The translations under genes and the position numbers were made by a program. Of a stretch of 64,000 nucleotides of DNA, positions 24,801-39,800 are shown piece after piece. The stretch spans positions 1,908,578 through 1,972,577 of the forward strand of contig CP136572.1 of NCBI GenBank assembly GCA_035193785.1. The letters are read 5' to 3'. A model generated the notes under the pieces. That model worked only from the letters and a program-made list of their open reading frames with translations, had not been told where the DNA came from and did not search any database. The DNA comes from Planktothrix sp. GU0601_MAG3. GTDB lineage: Bacteria > Cyanobacteriota > Cyanobacteriia > Cyanobacteriales > Microcoleaceae. Numbering within the stretch: position 1 is the first letter of the stretch; each line of letters starts with the position of its first letter.

Positions 24801-27800
24801 CGGCTGCAATTTGCTGTTCTTGATAGTACAAGTAACCGCCGATAAATTGGAAATCCTCCAAATTATCAGTATTGAAACTGCTGCCATCGATCACCATTTT
24901 GTCGCCTTCTAGGGGATCAAAATCTAGTATATTATCGATGCTGGAGTCTAGTGCAATCACAAAGCGATCTGCACCCTCACCGCCATTTAAGGCATCTTGA
25001 CCTTCACCGCCTATCAGGATGTCATTGCCAGCGCCACCCAGTAGCCAATCGTTATCGCGATCTCCTTGGAGGCGATCGCTGCCTTCTCCACCTTCCAGGA
25101 GATCGCTGCCTTTGCCACCTTCGAGCAGGTCATCTCCGCTTTGACCATCGAGTTGATCGTTGCCTTCGCCACCGATTAAGATATCTGAACCGTCGCCACC
25201 CTCAATTTGATCGTCTCCTTCATTGCCTTCGAGATTATCATCGCCATAATTGCCTTGTAGAATATCTGCCCCGACACCCCCCTTAATCGTGTCATCGCCA
25301 TAATTTCCTCGTAGGCGATCGCTGCCGCTATTACCGAAAATTTCATCATCACCGTAACTGCCATTGTAGTTATCGTTCTCTTCAGAACCTTCAAAAACAT
25401 CATCCCCAGCAGTGCCTGTCACTAATGGAGCACTGCTAGCATCAGACGTGCTTTGAGGCTCATCATCAGTTAAGGTGACAAGAGCAGTTTGGTATTCTGG
25501 GTCGAGTTGGAATCCTTCGCCAACATAGCGGAGGTTGATCACAATCGTTTCTGGCCCCTCAATGAGCAGATCGTCAAGGGCTGTGATATTGAATACGGCT
25601 TGAGTCTCCCCAGGTTCAATGTAGATTTGACCGATATTTCCATCCAAGAATTGATAATCTTCCCCTAGAGTTGCTGTTCCCGATAGGCTATAGAGCAGAT
25701 TTAAGCCTTGGTTGGGAACAGCTTCTCCTAACTCAATGATGATTTCGCCGTTAGCTGTGCTATTTTCCTGGATCTCACCCGTGCCATAGATTTTGATCGT
25801 GCGTTCGTCATTGAGTTGCTGTTCAACTAGGAAATTACTGGCATCAATCTCGTCTTGATATTCTTGCTGGGCTTCGGCTAAGGTTAACTCTCCACGAGTG
25901 AGGTTATTGGTAATCACAGCCATTTCACCTTGGACTGCCTGTTTCATCGGAGCCACAGTTTGCATGACGATTTCTACTGTGCGATCACTAGCTTCGGCTG
26001 CCAACTCATCAATGGTTTGATTGCTTGTGGCAACGGTTTGCGCCACTAACGCCACAACGTCTGGTGAAACGGGCTTTTGAGTTTGATCGGCGAGTTCGTT
26101 AAAGAAGGACTGTAACTGCTGGGTTTCAGTCAAGTCAAAGACTCCCGACTCTGATGTCAGTGCTTCAGCCAGAACCTTGGTGACTGACGCTTGGATGTCT
26201 GTGGCGGAGAGATCGGGTTTTAACCCTTGCAGGAATGCACCACCGTGAACCATTAAATTCTGAACTTTGACATGGGCGAGGTAGATGTCAACACCCATTT
26301 CTTGTTCGGCGACTAAGGCAGAAGAGAGGGCTTCAAGAGGATCAAATGCTTCCAGGTCAATGTCTAAGGATTTCAAGGATAAGCCGAGACGGTTGGCAAT
26401 CAGTTCTTCGGCTGCCTCATCGGACTTGGCATACCCTTCCTTGACTAAGAAGTTTTGCAAGTTCGTTAACGGTGTAATCATTGCTGAATCTACACCCGTA
26501 ATTAATTGTGTCGCTAAAGGTACACCTGTAGAACTATCAATGCCACTGAAGGCGATAATTTGACCTTCATCTTCATCGAGTATGCCATTTTGATTCTTGT
26601 CGAATTCCGTCAGATCAAATTCGAGGTTAAATTCTCCGGTGCTATTGGTTTTGGTAATCGGTTCATTTTCATCAAGTTGATTGTTGAGGTTGCCATCTAA
26701 GTACACCAAAGCATCGGCAATATAACTGTTAGAAACTTTACCGCCGATAGAACCACTAAAGCCAGATTCATTGAGCGTAAATTCAACTAATTTGAATCGT
26801 GCTAGATCCTTACTCCAAACAGTTTTTGTCAAACCGATGAAACTAATCCCAATCTTCACTTCCCCTCTAAGGTAGGCTTCTAAAGTTCCCGTCAGTTTCA
26901 AATAAGGAGAGGGGACGGTTCAAGCGAGAGAGGATTTCTGAACCCCGAACTTTACCATCGCTGGTGCCATTTTTCTCACCAATATCTTCGAGATCAAACC
27001 CAACCCTGCCCTCCAGACCACCTTTAAGAGCAGCTTCTGCCACTAACACATCTAAGGCTAATCCGGCAGTAATTCCAGCTTTGATGGTCAATTCATCTTT
27101 ATCTCTGCCATCTTTTGACCAATCATCTAAATAGAAGCCATCCAAGACTTTGTAGGAGTCTGCCAATTTATAATCGGTGGCTTTCCACTGATTTAAACCG
27201 TAGGTATCAAATCCCACAGCTAAATCGGTTTTAGCGTCAAAAGATGCACCCAATATTCCATTAATGTTGGGGGGAGAATAGATGGGAAAACTTTTCTCAA
27301 AACCAAATCCAAATTCTAAGTCTGGGATATCGTACTTGATTAAATCAGCCGTTTGACCTAACACCAATTTAAAGGCATTTTTGGGTTGAGTCAGTAATGG
27401 AATTTCGAGTCCTTCAATACTGTTAAGTTTATTGATGACTTTCGTGAAGAAATTGTCGGCTGGAAGTTTGGTGTCTGTGGAATTGCCATCACGAGATCGA
27501 GTCGGGTTGGGAACTGGCGCGGCACTGGCACTATCAGCTTTGTCTTTACTGGCGGCTTTAAAGCTATTGAGATTAAAGCTCCCCAAATTGATTTTGAAGG
27601 ATTCATCCTTTGAGGTTTGATTTAAGGTATCGACTAATTCCACAATATCGCTAACAGCCTGACTGAATTTGACAGCCGTTTCAACTTTCTGAGCAACACC
27701 TGGATTTTTGGCTTTGATGGCTGGAAACTGGGCGAGGGAACCAGCAATATCGAGGAGAGAAACGCCATTCTTTTTATCATAGTCAAAGGCTTTTTCTAAG

Positions 27801-30800
27801 CCAATATAAGAGAAGAGTTTAGTATCGGTATTTAATGCTTTAACGACAGGTTTAATGGGATCGATAATGTTATCAACAAGACTAATAACAGGCTGCGTGA
27901 AATCGGTAACAAAGGTTCCCGCATCTAAGGTGAGGTTATTGAAGCTAATATTTAATCCTTCTTTACTCGCTTGAGCTTGATCACCATAGTTAAATAACTC
28001 GAGTTTCGCGGCAGTATCAAAGGAGAAGGAGGGAAAAGCTGCATTACCTTCAATGCTGGTTTCTGCCTTAATTCCTAAGTTAGCCTCCCCTTTAAATTCA
28101 TAGCTTAATAGGTCGGTAAAGCTGTATTCTTTATCCGTCGCCACAATCGCTAAATCCGCTAAGGTGAGGCGATCGCCATCATCAATGGCAACGAGTTTCC
28201 ACTTATTATCTTCTCGGCTTAATTTAATTGCACCTAGCGCTGGAAATACTCCTTGCAAACTTAAAACACCAGCGGCAGATTGACTAACTTCCAATTTTCC
28301 ACTCAGGGTGATACCTGTTGCATCAGCGCTGATTCCGGGTAACAATTTGGCAACTGATGTAAAGTCTCCAAAAGTATCTTTACCGAGGGTGACTGCTCCC
28401 GTTCCTGAAAATTCATAACTGCGTTTTTCTGCTGTTCCCCCTACCGTAATAATGGGATCTTTAATCGCTAAATTCTTTAAGTCTTCGGGGATGGTTATGT
28501 TAACCATATTGGCTAAATCTGTAAACGAAATATTACCTGTGAGGCTCAATTTCTTCTCTTCAGGACTGACACCGATATCAACGGTTCCCTGAATGATCTT
28601 GAGGTCAGGATTTAATCCAAGTGCGCTTTGAAGCCAGCTTGTGATATTGCCAACAGGGATTTTTTCAGCGCTAAACTCGTAGGTTTCCTTATCTTTGATG
28701 TAGTTAACGTTGAGGCTATCTGATTTGAAACTGTATTGAGTTTTGCCATCTGTTGTGCTGTAAATCAGTTTTGGCTTCTCTAACTTCAGGAAAGGAATCG
28801 GTAGTTTGGGATCGCCTGCGATCGCTTTAACTAAGGCACTAATATCAACACTTTCAGCAAAGCTGACGGATTTTTGAGTAGGGGTGACTTCGATGTTGAC
28901 ATTCCCAGTAATGAAATCATTAATTGAGTTGATACCCAGTTCAGTTGTCAGCCAGTTTGTGAGTTCCCCAACTGGGATTTTTCCAACACTAAAGTTGTAG
29001 CTTCCCTTGTCATCTGTACTGTACTTAACGTTAAAAGTGTTGGAGTTAAAACTATATTGAGTTTTGCCATCTGTTGTGCTATAAGACAGTTCTGGCTTCT
29101 CTAACTTCAGGGAAGGAATCGGTAGGTTTTGATTGCCTGCGATCGCTTTAATTAATTCACTGATATTAACACTTTCAGTAAAGCTGACGAATTTTTGAGT
29201 AGGGGTGACTTCGATGTTGACATTCCCAGTAATGAAGTTCTTGATCGATTCGTTACCCAGTTCAGTTGCCAGCCAGTCTGTGAGTTCCCCAACCGGAATT
29301 CCTGTGTTACTAAACTTGTAGGTTTCATCCGCATTAGTCCCGTACTCAATTTTGAAGTTTCCTGATCTGAAACTGTATTGAGTTTTGCCGTCCTTATCTG
29401 TGTTGTAAATCAGTTCGGGATTTTTGAGGTTGAGGGATGGAATCGGTAAGGTGTTATCGTTCGCGATCGCTTTGACTAATTGACTGATATCCACATCCCC
29501 ATCAAAGGTGATGGATTTTTCATTGGAGGCGATTTTGACGTTAACATCTCCAGTGATGAAACTACCCAGATTACTAGCTTTGAGTTCGGTTTCGATCCAA
29601 CTGAGCAGGTTGCCAACGGGGATTTTTTCAGCAATAAAGCTGTAGGTTTCCTTATCTTTGATGTACTTAACTGTAAGGCCACCTGATTTGAAACTGTATT
29701 GAGTTTTGCCATCTGTTGTGCTGTAAATCAGTTCGGGATCTTTGAGGTTGAGGGATGGAATCGGTAAGGTGTTATTGTTCGCGCTCGCTTTGACTAATTG
29801 ACTGATATCCACATCCCCATCAAAGGTGATGGATTTTTCATTGGAGGCGATTTTGACGTTAACACCCCCAGTGATGAAACTACCCAGATTACTAGCTTTG
29901 AGTTCGGTTTCGATCCAACTGAGTAGGTTGCCAACGGGGATTTTTTCAGCAATAAAGCTGTAGGTTTCCTTATCTTTGATGTACTTAACTGTAAGGCTAC
30001 CTGATTTGAAACTGTATTGAGTTTTGCCATCTGTTGTGCTGTAAATCAGTTCGGGATCTTTGAGGTTTAGCGGTGGAACGGGTAGATTTTCATCGCCTGC
30101 GATCGCTTTGACTAATTGACTGATATCAACATCCCCATCAAAGCCGATGGATTTTTCATTGGAAGCCACTTTGACATTGACAGTTTCCAGTGATGAAGCG
30201 ACCAATATTGTTGATATTGAGTTCGTCTTCTATCCATTGGGTTAGTTTGCCAACGGGGATTCCTTCTGCCTTAAACTCGTAGGTTTTATCATCTTTTTTA
30301 ATGTACTTAACTATGAGGTTATCTGCGGTGAAACTGTATTGGGTTTTGCCATCTGTTGTGCTGTAAGCGATCTCGGGATCTTTGAGGTTGAGAGAGGGAA
30401 TCAGTAGCTCAGAATTACCTGCGATCGCTTTAACCAACGCACTGATATCAACATCCCCATCCACGCTAATCGATTTTTTATCGGGGGTCACTTCGATGTT
30501 GACATCCCCACTGATGAAGTCCTTGATCGATGTCAGACCCAGTTCATTCAGCCAATCTGTAATATTGTCAACGGGGATTTTTTCAACAATAAACTTATAG
30601 CCTTTGTTATCTTTGATGTACCCGATTGTGAGTTCTCCAGCCCTGAAACTGTATTGTGTTTCGCCATCTTCTTTGCTGTAGGTGAAAATGGGATTTTCTA
30701 GGTTCAGAGAAGGAATCAGTAGGTTTTCATCTTTTGCGATCGCTTTGATTAATTCACTGACATTGACATTACCAGTAAAGTTGATAGATTTGTTGTCGGG

Positions 30801-33800
30801 GGTCAGTTCAAGGTTAAAACCGCCATCAATGAACTGATCAATTGAGTTGATACCCAGTTCAGTGTTTAGCCATTTTGTGAGATCCCCAACTGGGATGTTT
30901 TTGGTACGAAACTCGTAGGTTTTATCCTGATTATTTCGGATGTACTCAATTTCAATATTGTCTGAGGTGAAACTGTATTGGGTTTGGTTGCCTTTTGTGA
31001 AGTGCTTGAATTGGGGATCTTCCATATTGAGGGGTGGAAGTGATAACGTGTCATTGCCGATGACCGCTTTGACTAACGCACTAATATCAACATTGCCATT
31101 AAAGTAGATGAATTGGCCATCTTGGGCAACTTCGATGTTGACAATCAAATCCTTATCAATGAATTCCCCAATATTGCTGACATTGAATTGGGTTCCAATC
31201 CAGTCTATGATTTTGCCAACCGGAATTCCGTTGACATTAAAGTTGTAGGTTCCATAATCTTTACTATTATTTCTGCCGTACTCAATTGTGAAGCCTTCTG
31301 ATGATGTGAAACTGTATTGGGTTTCGTCGCCTTCTTTGCTGTAAGTCAGTTTTGGATTATTTAAGTTGAGGGGTGGAATTGGGAAGGTGTCATTGTTCGC
31401 GATCGCTTTGACTAATTGACTAATATCAATATTCCCATCATATTTAACTTGAATTTTACCGTTTCCTAACTCCAGTCCGACCTGACCTGCTCCGGGTAAC
31501 ACGTCCTTAAGTGCTGGAAAATCTTCCCCGAAGTCACTGACGGGAATATCGCTAACGTTTAAGGTTTGCCAATTGAGTTTTGTGGCACCATCAACGGTCT
31601 TTTGTTGCAGAGAAACCTCCAAGACTAAACGATTTACCATTAATCGTGATATTGGAAGTAAAAGAATACGTTTTTTCTTCTTTATTGTATGTAAGGGTTG
31701 GTTGATTAAGAGCAAGTGCTGGTAAACCTTGAATCTTGATCCAATCCGTTAAGTTTGCTGTTCCTTCATAGAGCAATTTAATCTCTGAAGCACTGTTTGT
31801 GAGTGCGACTTGACCCGATGGTAAGATCTCATTGACAGCACCAATTCCAAGTGCAATTAACCGTTGAGTTAACGCTTCACCCGATAAGATTTCTTCATCT
31901 GGGTTCGCTTCCCGTAGTTGAGGTGAAGCTAGGGATTTATCCGAGGCAACTTTATTGGAGATTTCCTCGTTAATTTCAGTCGTTTCAGGGAGATCTGAAT
32001 CTTTATTTAACGGTTGTTTTGCCGCAGCATCCTCTTCAGATTTTTCTTCCTGAGTTGGGTTTTTCTCAGCAACAATGTTTTCAGATTCTTCCTTCTCAAC
32101 AGATTCTTTAGTAGCAGCAACCTCTGAGTCAGATTCTTCCTTCTCAACAGATTCTTTAGTAGCAGCAACCTCTGAGTCAGATTCTTCCTTCTCAACAGAT
32201 TCTTTCGTAGCAGTAACCTTTTCAGATTCTTCTTCCTCAATTGAATCTTTCTGTGCGATGACCTTGTTCGATTTAGCTTCGTCAACGGCTTCTTTTTCTG
32301 CAACCTCTGAGTCAGATTCTTCCTTCTCAACAGATTCTTTAGCAGCAGCAACTTTGTCAGATTCTTCTTCCTCAATTGAATCTTTCCCATCAATTCCTTG
32401 ATCAGAGTCGTTTTTCTGCTCCGCATCTTTTACCGCTTGATTTTCAGCAGCAATTGTATCGGCTATAACCTGTTTTTTATCAACACTAGACTGTTGCTGA
32501 GTTAATTCATTCAAAATTTCACGAATATCTTCAGCCAGTTCTGAATCTGGATTAATACTGCTAATTTCATCTTCATCTTCAACGGGTGTTACATTGACGT
32601 CAATCACATCTGTCTCATCTTCAAGATTAGCAATACTCCGAAGCTGAACTGTTTTTGCTGCCTTTTTATTGTCGATATCGTCAATATCGTTGAGGTTGGC
32701 ACTAAACCTGACCTCTAACTTCGTTGGATTTTTTTCATCATTCGCAAAATCAAGTTGTAGGAATCCAAGATTTCCCTTGCCTTTAAATTGGTCTAGATCA
32801 ACTTTAATTCCTGTATCAAGCTTGGTTTTCTTTGTATCAATATAAAAACCAAACTGCTTATGTAATCCAAACGCCAGAGACACATCAAAGTTCAAATTCG
32901 CGTTAAGACTGCCTTGGCTATCAAAACCAATTCCTAAAGCTGGAATTCCAAAATCTGAAGCTAAGGGAATCCTATACTCCTGTTGTTTACTCAGATCAAG
33001 TTGAATCGCAACATCATCTTCCGTGATATCCGTTGTGACGTTGAAGCTTTCCAGTCCTGATTTTTTGAGAACATTCTCAATAATTGCTTTGAGTTTGCTC
33101 GCCGTTAAGCCTTCTTCATCCTCAGTTTCCTTGGCTAATTGTAAGCCTAAATCCCCTAGAAGATTTGGGTTTCTTATCATCTAAATTCCCCACTAAAGGC
33201 AAAGTCAGGTTATCAATACTTTCCTGGAGTAAATCTAAACCTTGCGCCATAACTGAAGCAGTTTCTTGGGGATTTAGTTTGCGATCAACGACTTGAATTT
33301 TTTGATCAGGCACAAACAAATTATTGTAATTTGTATCGGCACTGGTCAGTTGATATTTGACCCCACTGGTGTGATAAATTCCCGGTTCAGCAACCGCATC
33401 AGGACGACCTTGGATCGTAACAGTTTGTAGCTTGTACCAATCTTCAGGATTAATCGTAATTGAAGTAGATTTTTGAGTAATCTGGGTTGTGGTTTGATTA
33501 ATCGGGAAATCTATTAATTTACCATCGATTTTGGCTTGAAGATTATACTTACCCCTTGCATCTTGATCAAGATTGTAAATAACAACTTCTTGAACTTGAT
33601 CCCAATTTCCCGATTTTACTTGCCCAGAAACTTGATCAATTGCGCCTTCGGCAGTAAAGCTTAATTGAAATGGTTGAGGCGTTGTATCGTTCCCATCAAA
33701 CAGTTCGATATTGATATCTTTGGTGGGTTTATTCTTGAGTTTAACTTCAAGGACGATCGCATCCCCTTGATCCGTATTAACTAAACTTTTCAGCTTAATA

Positions 33801-36800
33801 TCGAGATTATTATTGTTAGCAGCATTTGTATCAAAGCTGAAATTTTGTTTATTAACTTGAGCAGTTTTTGCATTAATCGGATCAACGAATTCAACTTCTG
33901 CACCCGGAGTCAACGTCAAAGTAACAGGTTTCGTGGGTTCACTGAGGAGGGAAACAGCAAACGTCGTACTTTCTTCTTCCGCAACGGTGGTATGTTTCCC
34001 AACTTCAACGATTCTTACCCCCGGCACATCATCATCTTGAATGACTAAACTGGTTTCCGTATTTTCATTATCTAAAACATACCCTTCACCCTCAAGCAGT
34101 CGTACACTCACGCTTTCCCCAGCGACTTTTGCTTGAGAATTTGCGGTGATTTGGTTGGCATCCGCATCATCGACTTCAACGGTCACTGTCCCGGTAAAAT
34201 TGCCCCGATTATTTTTATTTAAAGTCACACCCTCTGTGACCTTTGCAACGATTTCATCCTTGAATTTCAGTTCAATCCCTTTAAGAATTTGTGGAGCCGT
34301 TGAAACCTAAGTCGATGGGGACAAGTTGGTCGGTTGGAATAATTTGTTTGGCTAGTGATGGACTAGACCAAGACAGTTGCATTTGAGCATCGCCCGTTGC
34401 TTCATAATATTCTAAGCGAATGTTATACGCTTTTCCGGCTTCTAGTGAGATGACTTTATCTTTATCTTTATCTTTACTTGTATCTTCGGTAGCCGAATGG
34501 GGTGTCCAATTATCAATCACCAATTTATCATCGATCCATAATCGGACTCCATCGTCGGATGTTGTATAGAAGGTATAATTCTCGGTTTTTGTGGGTAGAA
34601 CTTGACCTGTCCAACGCACACTAAAGTTATCACGGGGAACCGTTTGATGGGGAGGATTTAAGCCCCATTTATAATCAACATTTGGCTCAATTTTAGTTAA
34701 CAGTGGAGTTAGAAGCGATCGACCAGAAAAATATTCAGCCTTTAAGCCTTTTTGCCCTTGATTGGGGTCAGGAATTTCCAAATCTAAAGTTAACTTAGTT
34801 TTACCATTGGTTTTTCCCTGTTGGTTGACCTTGGTCACTTTAACCCCTAAGTCTTCTGTGAGCTTATCGTCAATGGGAACAATAATCACATTATTCTGAG
34901 CATCTCCAGGAGCAATTCGGACAGAAAACACATTCTTATTCTTCTGAGCATCATTCTGATCACCTCCAGGAGCAATTTGGACAGGTTCTGTATTGGTGAC
35001 TTGGTAATCTTGATCTTTAGTCGCGCTACTTTTTGTCAGAATTTCGTAGTTGACTTTAATGCCTGTATCTCCGACTTTTTTCGGAGCCGGAGCATTTAAC
35101 GCAATGGTAAAGTAACCGGGTTGGCTGGAAATTTCAGAAGCAGTTGGCCCAGCAATAATTTTGGCGGTGGGTAAGTCGTTATCTTTGATTTGAACATCGA
35201 GGGATTTAACTTTTTTGTCGGTATTGACATAGTTAACATATTGGTAGTCTTCATCCCCAATGATCAAATTGTAATCCGCAGTTGTGGAGGAGGGACTCGA
35301 AATTTCTAGGAAATATTGACCCGCTTCTAACCCGTTTAAGGCGAAACTGTTTAGAATTCGCGATCGCACTGTTCGACTGAATCGGCGTGTTTAAATCCGT
35401 TGCTTTGTAGAGCTTAAATTGCAGGTCTGAAGTTTTGCCATCCGCGAACTGAATTCGGGCAAAATCTTTCGCTGATCCGGCATCGGGTAAGATAAATTTA
35501 AACCAGTCCTGTTCGCCTCCAGCAACCGCCAGATTTTCCCAGGTCGAACCGCCTTTTATTTCCCCTAAATCTATCGCAGAATTGGCAGTATTATTGACCG
35601 CTTTTGACTCAAAGGTTTGTTTTTCACCCGTTTCAACTTGAAACTCAATTTGACTGCTGTGGGTAAATTCCACAATGTTGTCATCTAAAGCACTCACCCG
35701 CACAATTTGTTCAATGTTCCAGTTGGTTTCATCAAAAACCAGCGTTGCTACATCCCCAAAGTCTTCGGTATTCAGACGAATTTGATCATTAACGGGGTTG
35801 GCAATCACCCGCACTTCCCCAACGGGTTGACTGGTGAGTTTAACTTTATAAAGATTATCTTTCCCTTCTCCTGCATCCCCAACTTTAGTGACAATAATTT
35901 CAGCTTTATCGCTAACATCTTCTTGGTTAGTTAGGGAAATCGGGTCAACCTTTAACTGATGGTATAGCAGATCTTCACTGCTGAGAGTGGTGATCACTTT
36001 ATAGGGAATATTTCCATCTGCAATTTGATCATCCACACCCTGTACAATGAATTTTTGCTCTTGATTCCAGTTGTCGGGGGTAAATTCTAACTCAATCACA
36101 TCGGATAAAGCAGCGTTAGATCCGATTGTTTTTAATTGCGCTTCACTCGGATCATTACTCCCCAAAGAAACCTTAACAACTTCCGTCGGTTGAGTCTTGA
36201 GACTGACGCTATATTCTAAAGTCTGTTTTCCAGTTTCATCTGTCGTTATTGCGTTGGGATTGGTCGCCGTAATTTTAACGCCTGCGGTATCATCATCCGT
36301 AATATCTAAGTCTACATAAAGCTGGTTATCGGGTTCTATGCGATAACCTTGATTGGGAACCAGGGAGATTTGTAAATTTTCTTTTTCTCCTTCATCAATG
36401 ACATCATTAATCGGTTGAATATTAATTTCTTTGGATTTTTCCCCGGGCAAGAAATCAACCGATTGCTGATTACCTGATTGAGATATTCCATACACCTTAA
36501 TTCCGTTTTTATCCCCAATGAACGCCTCTAAATTTCCATCACCATCTAAATCTGCAAAACTGACTGCACTATTGGAACCAAATACCAACCCTCGAAATGG
36601 GTTTTGAGCATCATTTTCGGTGAATCTGTAGCCATCCCCAATACCTATATGTTCAAAATATTTAATTTGACCGTCATTAGTTCCAACGAATAAGTCTGAG
36701 TATCCATCGCCATTCCAGTCCACTAAATAGGGCGTGGTATTTTTACTTAACTTGTCTATACCCGGAACCCTCTCCGAGTATAACGAAGTATATATAGGCT

Positions 36801-39800
36801 TATAATAGCTGCCTTGAGGCTCATAAAAGCTCACAAAGCCACTGCTTGACCCTACAAATAAGGTTTGCCCGGCAAAGGTAGGTGTGGTATTACCACTGGC
36901 ATATAAACCATTGAAAACAGTATTGTAAAAGGGATCGTGGATATCAGCGGTTTGTGAAGATAGGAAGATTAAATTAGAACTATCACTCTTATTGACATAA
37001 AACCTTAAAGTTCCATTCCCTTGTCCCAACACCAAATCGATTTTCCTATCTTTATTGATATCAACTAAAGACGGAGCAGCATCCGAGGAAACTTTAATGT
37101 TTGAAAATGGATTATTCGTTCCCGTTTTTTCTTGAAGGGTATTATTGCCAATATTTTCGTAATATTTCACTACCCCTGCGGCTGTTCCCACAACGGCATC
37201 AAGATCTCCATCTTGATCGATATCGCCAAAGGCGGGTTTACTGCCTGCGCCAGGGTTCTGAGTACCAAAGGGGTTCCTTGAGAGTGGCCCGAAGATGTTA
37301 TTATCACCAAAGCGATAGTCTTCATTCAGAGTCGCACTACCCCCTTGAGGGGTAAACAACACGGTGACTTTTTTGTTGTTACTAGCAACAGGTTGACTCA
37401 ACTCGATTTTGATTTTACCTGGTTGAGTTTCGGACATTTGCTGCACAACGCTGACAGTGGCGATAGGTGCATTCAGATCGGGGCCGAAATATTTACCGCT
37501 TTCGGCTCCGGTTTCGTTATCGAGGTTTATAGCGGGAATAAAGACTGTTTTGCGGTTATATTGCGGATCTTGACTGCTGGCTGTGCCATAAATTCCATAT
37601 CGGACATCGCCATCATGGGAAATGTCATCTTTTCCGGTGGCGGTAACTTGTTGGTACTGATCCCAATTTTCGGGAGTAAATGTCAGGGTTGTCGGAGAGA
37701 TATCCCCTTCAGTCGCATCAGCCTCACGGACTTCTAGCGTCAGGGTGACGTTCGCTGTGGGTTTGCTTTGCAGCCGCACCCCTGCGATGTCGGTTTTACC
37801 GTCTTCACCTGTTACCAGGGAAACGAAGGGGGTGGTGTAGGCATACTTCGTCTCCAATGTCGGGGGATTAGTACCATTCTTCGGTACCGTAAATTCAGCA
37901 ACGTTGGTAATTTCAATTCCCAAGGGATCATTATCAACGATGTTGAGGCTAGACTTTGCTGGGCTGCCGTTGAGGGTGTAGCCTGTTCCGGGCTGTAGGG
38001 TGACTGTAATGTCTTCTAGATTTTCCGGTAGTTGATCATCAACGATGGAGAACGGTAAAACGAAACGGGTTGCCCCCGCCGGAATCTGAATTTGTTGAAT
38101 CTGGGATGCTGTTGTTAGGGTGTAGTCTTCTTTGAATGTAGCTTTGCCTGAAAGCGTATATTGAAGGGTGATGCCATTTGCGGGGGCAGGGGCATTCAGG
38201 TTAATCACAAATTGCCCCGGTTCATTATTGCCTTCAGCCCCATCCACTAATTTTGCAATGCTTACTTTCGGGATAACAGGCGTTGCATCACTTTGACTGC
38301 CTTCGGTGACTTGAAGCAGTTGGGGTGGGGTGTTTGTGAGGGGAAGTGCGATCGATGTCTTCCCATAGTTTGAGGTATTACTGTTAAGTGCATAAACAGC
38401 ATTGGCTGTAATCTGGCTAGATGCACTAATGGATGTCAGTTGAACCGTTTGAGCTTGATCCCAGTTTTGTTTGGTAAAGGAGATTGGAGATTGAGGTTGT
38501 AGCGTTGAGCTTCCAGATTTAAACTCAATTTTAACATTATCGGTTTGCGGTTGGCTAGCGAGTTTAACTTTAAAAGTTGCCTTGCCATCGGGGGTGACAT
38601 AGAGCGGATTACTGGCAATAATTGCACGATCAAATTGATCCAGTAAAATAATTTCTGATGCAGATTGATAGGATTTATTATCTGTGATCGTCAGGGTTGC
38701 AGCCTTATTACTGTCAGCAATGTTATAGTTCGTGTTGTAAATTTTTTGGCTGACATCAATTTTGCTTTGATTTTCATCATCAAAATTATGAGGGATTAAA
38801 GAGACTGTAACCTTTTCGTCTGGTTCCCGAATTTCATCCGGTTTCGCAATAATATAAATTCGGCCTTGGGTTTCTCCCTGGGGAATAATAATCCCATCTC
38901 GTTTAGTATTCGGATCAGTTGAAACTTTCTGATATTGAGAGTTATAGTAATCAACATTTTGGGTGGCATCCCCACTCACATTGTACTTCACCCACAATCC
39001 TTGCGCCCCTTCAAAGGGTTTATCCAGGTTCACTTCAACATAGCCAATTTGGGGGGCTGGGTTGTTGATATATTGATCCGTTAATGTCCCTGGATTTGTA
39101 AAGCCATTTGCAGGCTGAAAAGTCAGACTATTGAGCTGGGAAACATCTAAGGTATTGCCTTCAAATTGCCAGTAACCCACTAACCCCGCTTCCTGACCTT
39201 GCAGGGGAGTTAACATCTGACTCTGAATTTCGGTGGCAGTGCGGGCAATATTCCAAAGGCGGACTTCATCCATTGCGCCCTGGAAATAGTTATTATTAAC
39301 TTTACCAATGTCAAATTGTTGGAGATTAAAAGGCTTTTTACCTGCGAAACTTTCATCGGAAACAATTTCTACACCGTTGACATAGAGTTTATATTTTTCT
39401 CCATCAAACGTTGCTGCAATATGATTCCAGGTTTGGGGATTAAGCGCATTATTAACGGTGAAGCTATTCCATTTTGTGCCATCTCCAAAACCGACTTTAA
39501 TTCCACTGCCATTAATAATCTCAACGGAAGGATAGCTTTGGGGACTTTCCGGAGTGGGTTGATAGCCAAAAATCCCTTGTGTCCCTTGAGTGGAGTTGGG
39601 GAAAATCCAAGATTCTTGTGTAAATTGTCCGGTTGCGCTCAGGTTTAATTTAGGATTTGGAGGAATACTAATATAGGTTTTGCCATCTAATTTTAAGGCA
39701 GATCCTAATCCTTGAATCGTGCTGCCAAAGCCAAACCCTTCTGTGGGCATTAAAACTTTGCCTAAGCTAACGGTGGGTTCGTTATCTCGGATGATGAGTT

